DNA of 64,000 nucleotides, from the NCBI GenBank assembly GCA_965215265.1, contig OZ244048.1:2304001-2368000 (forward strand), written 5' to 3'. Of the stretch, positions 60,837 through 64,000 are shown piece after piece. Below the pieces are notes generated by a model. It had not been told where the DNA came from, did not search any database, and worked only from the letters and a program-made list of their open reading frames with translations. This DNA comes from Candidatus Poribacteria bacterium. Its GTDB lineage: Bacteria > Poribacteria > WGA-4E > WGA-3G. How positions within the stretch are numbered: the stretch's first letter is position 1; every line of letters starts with the position of its first letter. The position numbers were made by a program, and so were the translations under genes.

Positions 60837-61310
60837 TTGCAGAGCGATTCCTTCTGGATGGAGCAAGCACTCACATTAGCGCGACGTGCCGGTGAGAAAG
60901 GTGAAGTCCCCGTCGCAGCGCTCATTGTTAAGGATGGGGTACGGATTGCAGAATCACATAACCTCCGTGAGGCGTGCGGTAGCCCCATTGCGCACGCCGA
61001 ATTGCTTGCGATTCAGGCGGCCGCCGGAAAAATCGGCAACTGGCGATTAACAGGGACGACCCTCTACGTGACATTGGAACCATGCCCAATGTGTGCTGGC
61101 GCGATAGTGTTAGCACGAATTCCGAAAGTTGTTTACGCCACAGCAGATCCAAAGTCTGGCGCTGCTGGTACGCTGTACAATATACTCCAAGATGAACGGC
61201 TCAACCATCGAGTAGAACTTGTCAGCGGTGTCCTCGCGGATAAGAGCAGTGCACTTTTGAAATCCTTTTTTGAAGAACGCCGACATTCCTCAAAGCGATT
61301 TAGGAGCTAA
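60837..61310 (+). CDS. tadA: tRNA adenosine(34) deaminase
   Basis: GEVPV.A, AHAE, LYVTLEPCPMCAGA, DPKSGA. Confidence 0.93.
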   Translation: MQSDSFWMEQALTLARRAGEKGEVPVAALIVKDGVRIAESHNLREACGSPIAHAELLAIQAAAGKIGNWRLTGTTLYVTLEPCPMCAGAIVLARIPKVVYATADPKSGAAGTLYNILQDERLNHRVELVSGVLADKSSALLKSFFEERRHSSKRFRS

Positions 61311-61349
61311 CTTGCAAAATCGGCACAAAATAGTAACTTATAGACATCT

Positions 61350-61434
61350 GGAGAGATGCAGGAGTGGTTGAACTGGACAGTCTCGAAAACTGTTGTGACG
61401 CAAGTCACCGTGGGTTCGAATCCCACTCTCTCCG
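61350..61434 (+). tRNA. tRNA-Ser(CGA)
   Basis: acagt-ct-CGA-aa-actgt, long variable arm. Confidence 0.93.
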
Positions 61435-61522
61435 CTTTATTTGACTAACACCCTTAATATTTGTATTTTAGTATAGTAGGATTTAAGCGGCAATCAGCGT
61501 TGGAAGCGTGGCGTTGCATTGT

Positions 61523-61595
61523 GGGGCAGTAGCTCAGTTGGGAGAGCGCATCCCTCGCACGGATGAGGTCACGGGTTCAAATCCCGTCTGCTCCA
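61523..61595 (+). tRNA. tRNA-Ala(CGC)
   Basis: catcc-ct-CGC-ac-ggatg; G3:U70 pair in the acceptor stem. Confidence 0.93.
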
Positions 61596-61642
61596 TACAC
61601 ATTTAGACAGTTCGATGAGATTGTTTCGTCTGACAAAAATTT

Positions 61643-61731
61643 GGAGAGATGCAGGAGTTGGTTGAACTGGCATGACTGGAAATCATGTGTGCTGTGATGC
61701 AGTACCGTGGGTTCGAATCCCACTCTCTCCG
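61643..61731 (+). tRNA. tRNA-Ser(GGA)
   Basis: catga-ct-GGA-aa-tcatg, long variable arm. Confidence 0.93.
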
Positions 61732-61775
61732 CTAGGGGTGAAAATTGCCCGTTCGCCCTATTGAAACAAACGTCT

Positions 61776-62046
61776 TGGCTATGCTAGGTGGGGAGGTAGC
61801 GGTGCCCTGTATCTGCAATCCGCTAAAGCAGAACGGAATTCCCAGTATGCGGCCTGTTTTTGTGGGGACTGTCCCACGCACGTGGCGTTGATGGCTGGGT
61901 CTTGAGCAACGAGAATTTATCAAACCCCGTCAGGTCTGGAAGGAAGCAGCGGTAGATAGGTTTCTCGTGTGACACAAGGTCGCCTAGCCTGAGCTAACGA
62001 CGTGTGCAACGCCCGGAAGAGCATGTCAACCCTGGGTGCATAGCCA
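61776..62046 (+). ncRNA. ffs: Signal recognition particle RNA, large (Alu-containing) type
   Basis: Helix-8 motif gtcaggtctggaaggaagcagc; 5' ggggaggtagcggtgccctgt Alu-like segment; terminal pairing tggctatgc/gcatagcca; upstream of dnaX. Confidence 0.9.
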
Positions 62047-62083
62047 TTTAAATGCACGATTCCGATTGACTAAGGATACAGTG

Positions 62084-63856
62084 ATGTCATACGAGGTTCT
62101 TGCACAAAAATGGCGCCCTCAAAAATTCGCGGATGTTGTAGGACAAGAACACGTTACCACAACGTTAAAAAACCAGATTTTGTCTGAGCGAATCGGGCAC
62201 GCCTATCTGTTTTGGGGGCCGAGAGGAACTGGCAAAACGACGGTTGCACGTCTCCTGGCAAAAACTGTTAATTGTCCAAACCGGATTCACGAAACCGAAT
62301 TTGACAAAACACTTATTGCAGAACCCTGCAACACGTGTGAATTCTGTAGAGACATCGCGGCGGGTAAATCTTTTGACGTGCTTGAGATGGATGCTGCCTC
62401 TAACCGCGGTATTGATACAATTCGTGACCTGCGTGAAAACGTTAAACTCGCGCCAGCTACCTGTACCTACAAAATCTATATCATAGATGAAGCACACATG
62501 CTGTCCACTGAAGCTTTCAACGCTCTCCTCAAGACGCTTGAGGAACCCCCCTCGCATGTCATCTTCATCATGGCAACCACCGAACATGCAAAAATCCCGA
62601 AGACGATTGCGTCACGTTGTCAAGATTTTGATTTCCGGCACCTGGAAGATGAAAAAATCATCTCCCGCTTATCGTTAATTGCTGAAACAGAACAAATCGA
62701 TGCAAACTCAGATGTCCTGACTCTCATCACTCGGCAATCGGAAGGCTGTCTACGGGATGCGGAAAACTTACTGGAGCGCCTCGTCTCCTCAGCCGGAAAA
62801 AATTTAACCGTTACTACCGTTGAACAGACGCTCGGCCTGGGCTCTAGTTTTCTGATTGGCGAACTCACCGGGGCAATTATTAAACGGCATCTCGCAGAAG
62901 CACTAGTAACACTAAACAAATTAGTGAAGCAAGGCACAGATCTCAGCCAATGTCTGCACCAATTGATTATCCATTTCCGAGATTTGCGCCTCTTAGCGAT
63001 TGACAAAAACCTATCAGAACTCATCCAGAGCCCTAAATCAGATCTTTCTGAACTCCAACAGCAAGTTGAACAGATATCAGTCAACCGATTATCGCGGATT
63101 ATCAAAATTTTAATGCATACCAACCGTGAAATCAAACAGTACGGTTACGCGCAGCTCCAATTGGAAACCGCGCTGGTGCAGCTTAATTCGCTTGAGGAAG
63201 GCATTCAACTTCAGGAAATCGTGAATAAATTGTCGGAAATGGAACAGAAACTTGATTCAACAGCGGTTTCGGGAGTATCTTCTTCCGATAGCGAGCTGCA
63301 TGCGGACAAAGTCTTTGAGCCTGCCAGCCGGCCATCTCGCCAATTCTCGAATTCTATAGATATGGCGCAGAGAGGAGCCGAATCCGAACAGCAGCGGCCC
63401 ATATTCGCGTTTCAGGAAAGCACGACTACGAGCCTAGAGGAGCCAATAAAATCGCAGTCATCCGAACCCGCGCCCGATGTCAGTGATATTAACACGGTTT
63501 GGGAGGCGGTTAAAGCGAAACTCCCAGTGCATCTTCGCTCTGGTTTACTAAGCGATGCCGTCCCTTCTGCCAATGGCAGCTCTCATATCAAAATCGCCTG
63601 CTCCCCAACCTACCTCTCAATGATTGATGACGAACAGAGACAAAAGATTACCACTGTTGTAAACGAGATAGTGGGAAAATCTGTCGAAGTTGAATTAGTC
63701 AAGTTAGAGCATGTGCCCGAAACGGCCACGTCTACCGGCGCACAACCAAAAAAGGCACAGAAGACTCCCCTGGTGCAGCGGCTTGAAGCGGAAGACGATC
63801 CGCGGCTCAAAACAGCCCTTCAACTTTTTGATGCAAAAATTTTAGAAACGCAATAA
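62084..63856 (+). CDS. dnaX: DNA polymerase III subunit gamma/tau
   Basis: LAQKWRP.KF..VVGQ, GPRGTGKT, DAASNRG, IIDEAHML, SRC. Confidence 0.96.
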   Translation: MSYEVLAQKWRPQKFADVVGQEHVTTTLKNQILSERIGHAYLFWGPRGTGKTTVARLLAKTVNCPNRIHETEFDKTLIAEPCNTCEFCRDIAAGKSFDVLEMDAASNRGIDTIRDLRENVKLAPATCTYKIYIIDEAHMLSTEAFNALLKTLEEPPSHVIFIMATTEHAKIPKTIASRCQDFDFRHLEDEKIISRLSLIAETEQIDANSDVLTLITRQSEGCLRDAENLLERLVSSAGKNLTVTTVEQTLGLGSSFLIGELTGAIIKRHLAEALVTLNKLVKQGTDLSQCLHQLIIHFRDLRLLAIDKNLSELIQSPKSDLSELQQQVEQISVNRLSRIIKILMHTNREIKQYGYAQLQLETALVQLNSLEEGIQLQEIVNKLSEMEQKLDSTAVSGVSSSDSELHADKVFEPASRPSRQFSNSIDMAQRGAESEQQRPIFAFQESTTTSLEEPIKSQSSEPAPDVSDINTVWEAVKAKLPVHLRSGLLSDAVPSANGSSHIKIACSPTYLSMIDDEQRQKITTVVNEIVGKSVEVELVKLEHVPETATSTGAQPKKAQKTPLVQRLEAEDDPRLKTALQLFDAKILETQ

Positions 63857-63961
63857 TCGTTAAACGTGCCTAAAAAGCGCGATGAAAAAAGGAGATATAT
63901 CCGGAAAAATCGCGTGCGGAGACAGATGTCCGCACGACTCACGCCGGAAAACATTGTTATT

Positions 63962-64000
63962 ATGAAAATGAATGACTTGATGAAACAGGCCCAACAGATG
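63962..64000 (+). CDS. YbaB/EbfC nucleoid-associated protein (5' fragment, truncated by window end)
   Basis: MKMNDLMKQAQQM immediately downstream of dnaX. Confidence 0.7.
   Translation, partial: MKMNDLMKQAQQM

Noticed and set aside
63748-63754. A-AAA-AAG slippery heptamer in dnaX
   Set aside because: Only about 33 codons from the stop, with no evident stimulatory SD or hairpin; unlikely to be the tau/gamma frameshift site

Overview
Bacterial chromosomal window, about 48% GC by eye. A shared C-terminal 'V.P..KL.T.W..(L/I)K' tail on secreted proteins, plus LamG, FG-GAP/ASPIC and FGE-domain proteins, suggests Candidatus Poribacteria; this taxonomy is inference, not verified. Housekeeping genes (mutS, miaB, map, nadE, mutS2, dnaG-rpoD, tadA, dnaX, nine tRNAs, a large-type SRP RNA) are interleaved with accessory regions. 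Highlights: (1) At 51.4-55.7 kb, three tandem secreted FGE-sulfatase/C-type-lectin-fold genes have 3' ends with the AAY-codon hypervariation signature and the downstream 8-bp/4-nt hairpin typical of diversity-generating retroelement (DGR) targets. No reverse transcriptase or template repeat is in the window, and the first gene is fused to a C39-like cysteine peptidase. (2) At 18.4-36 kb, a palindromic MITE/ERIC-like repeat family supplies ribosome-binding sites, stop codons and coding sequence to neighbouring genes and brackets a 6-kb segment in inverted orientation. (3) A eukaryote-type glutamine-dependent NAD+ synthetase and a FAIM-like protein with an in-frame TGA. (4) An Eco57I/type IIG-like RM gene split by one frameshift around a C8 tract. 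(5) An AibH1H2/PtmU3-like amidohydrolase-fold oxygenase pair with a Rieske ferredoxin. All family assignments come from motif recognition, not database searches.
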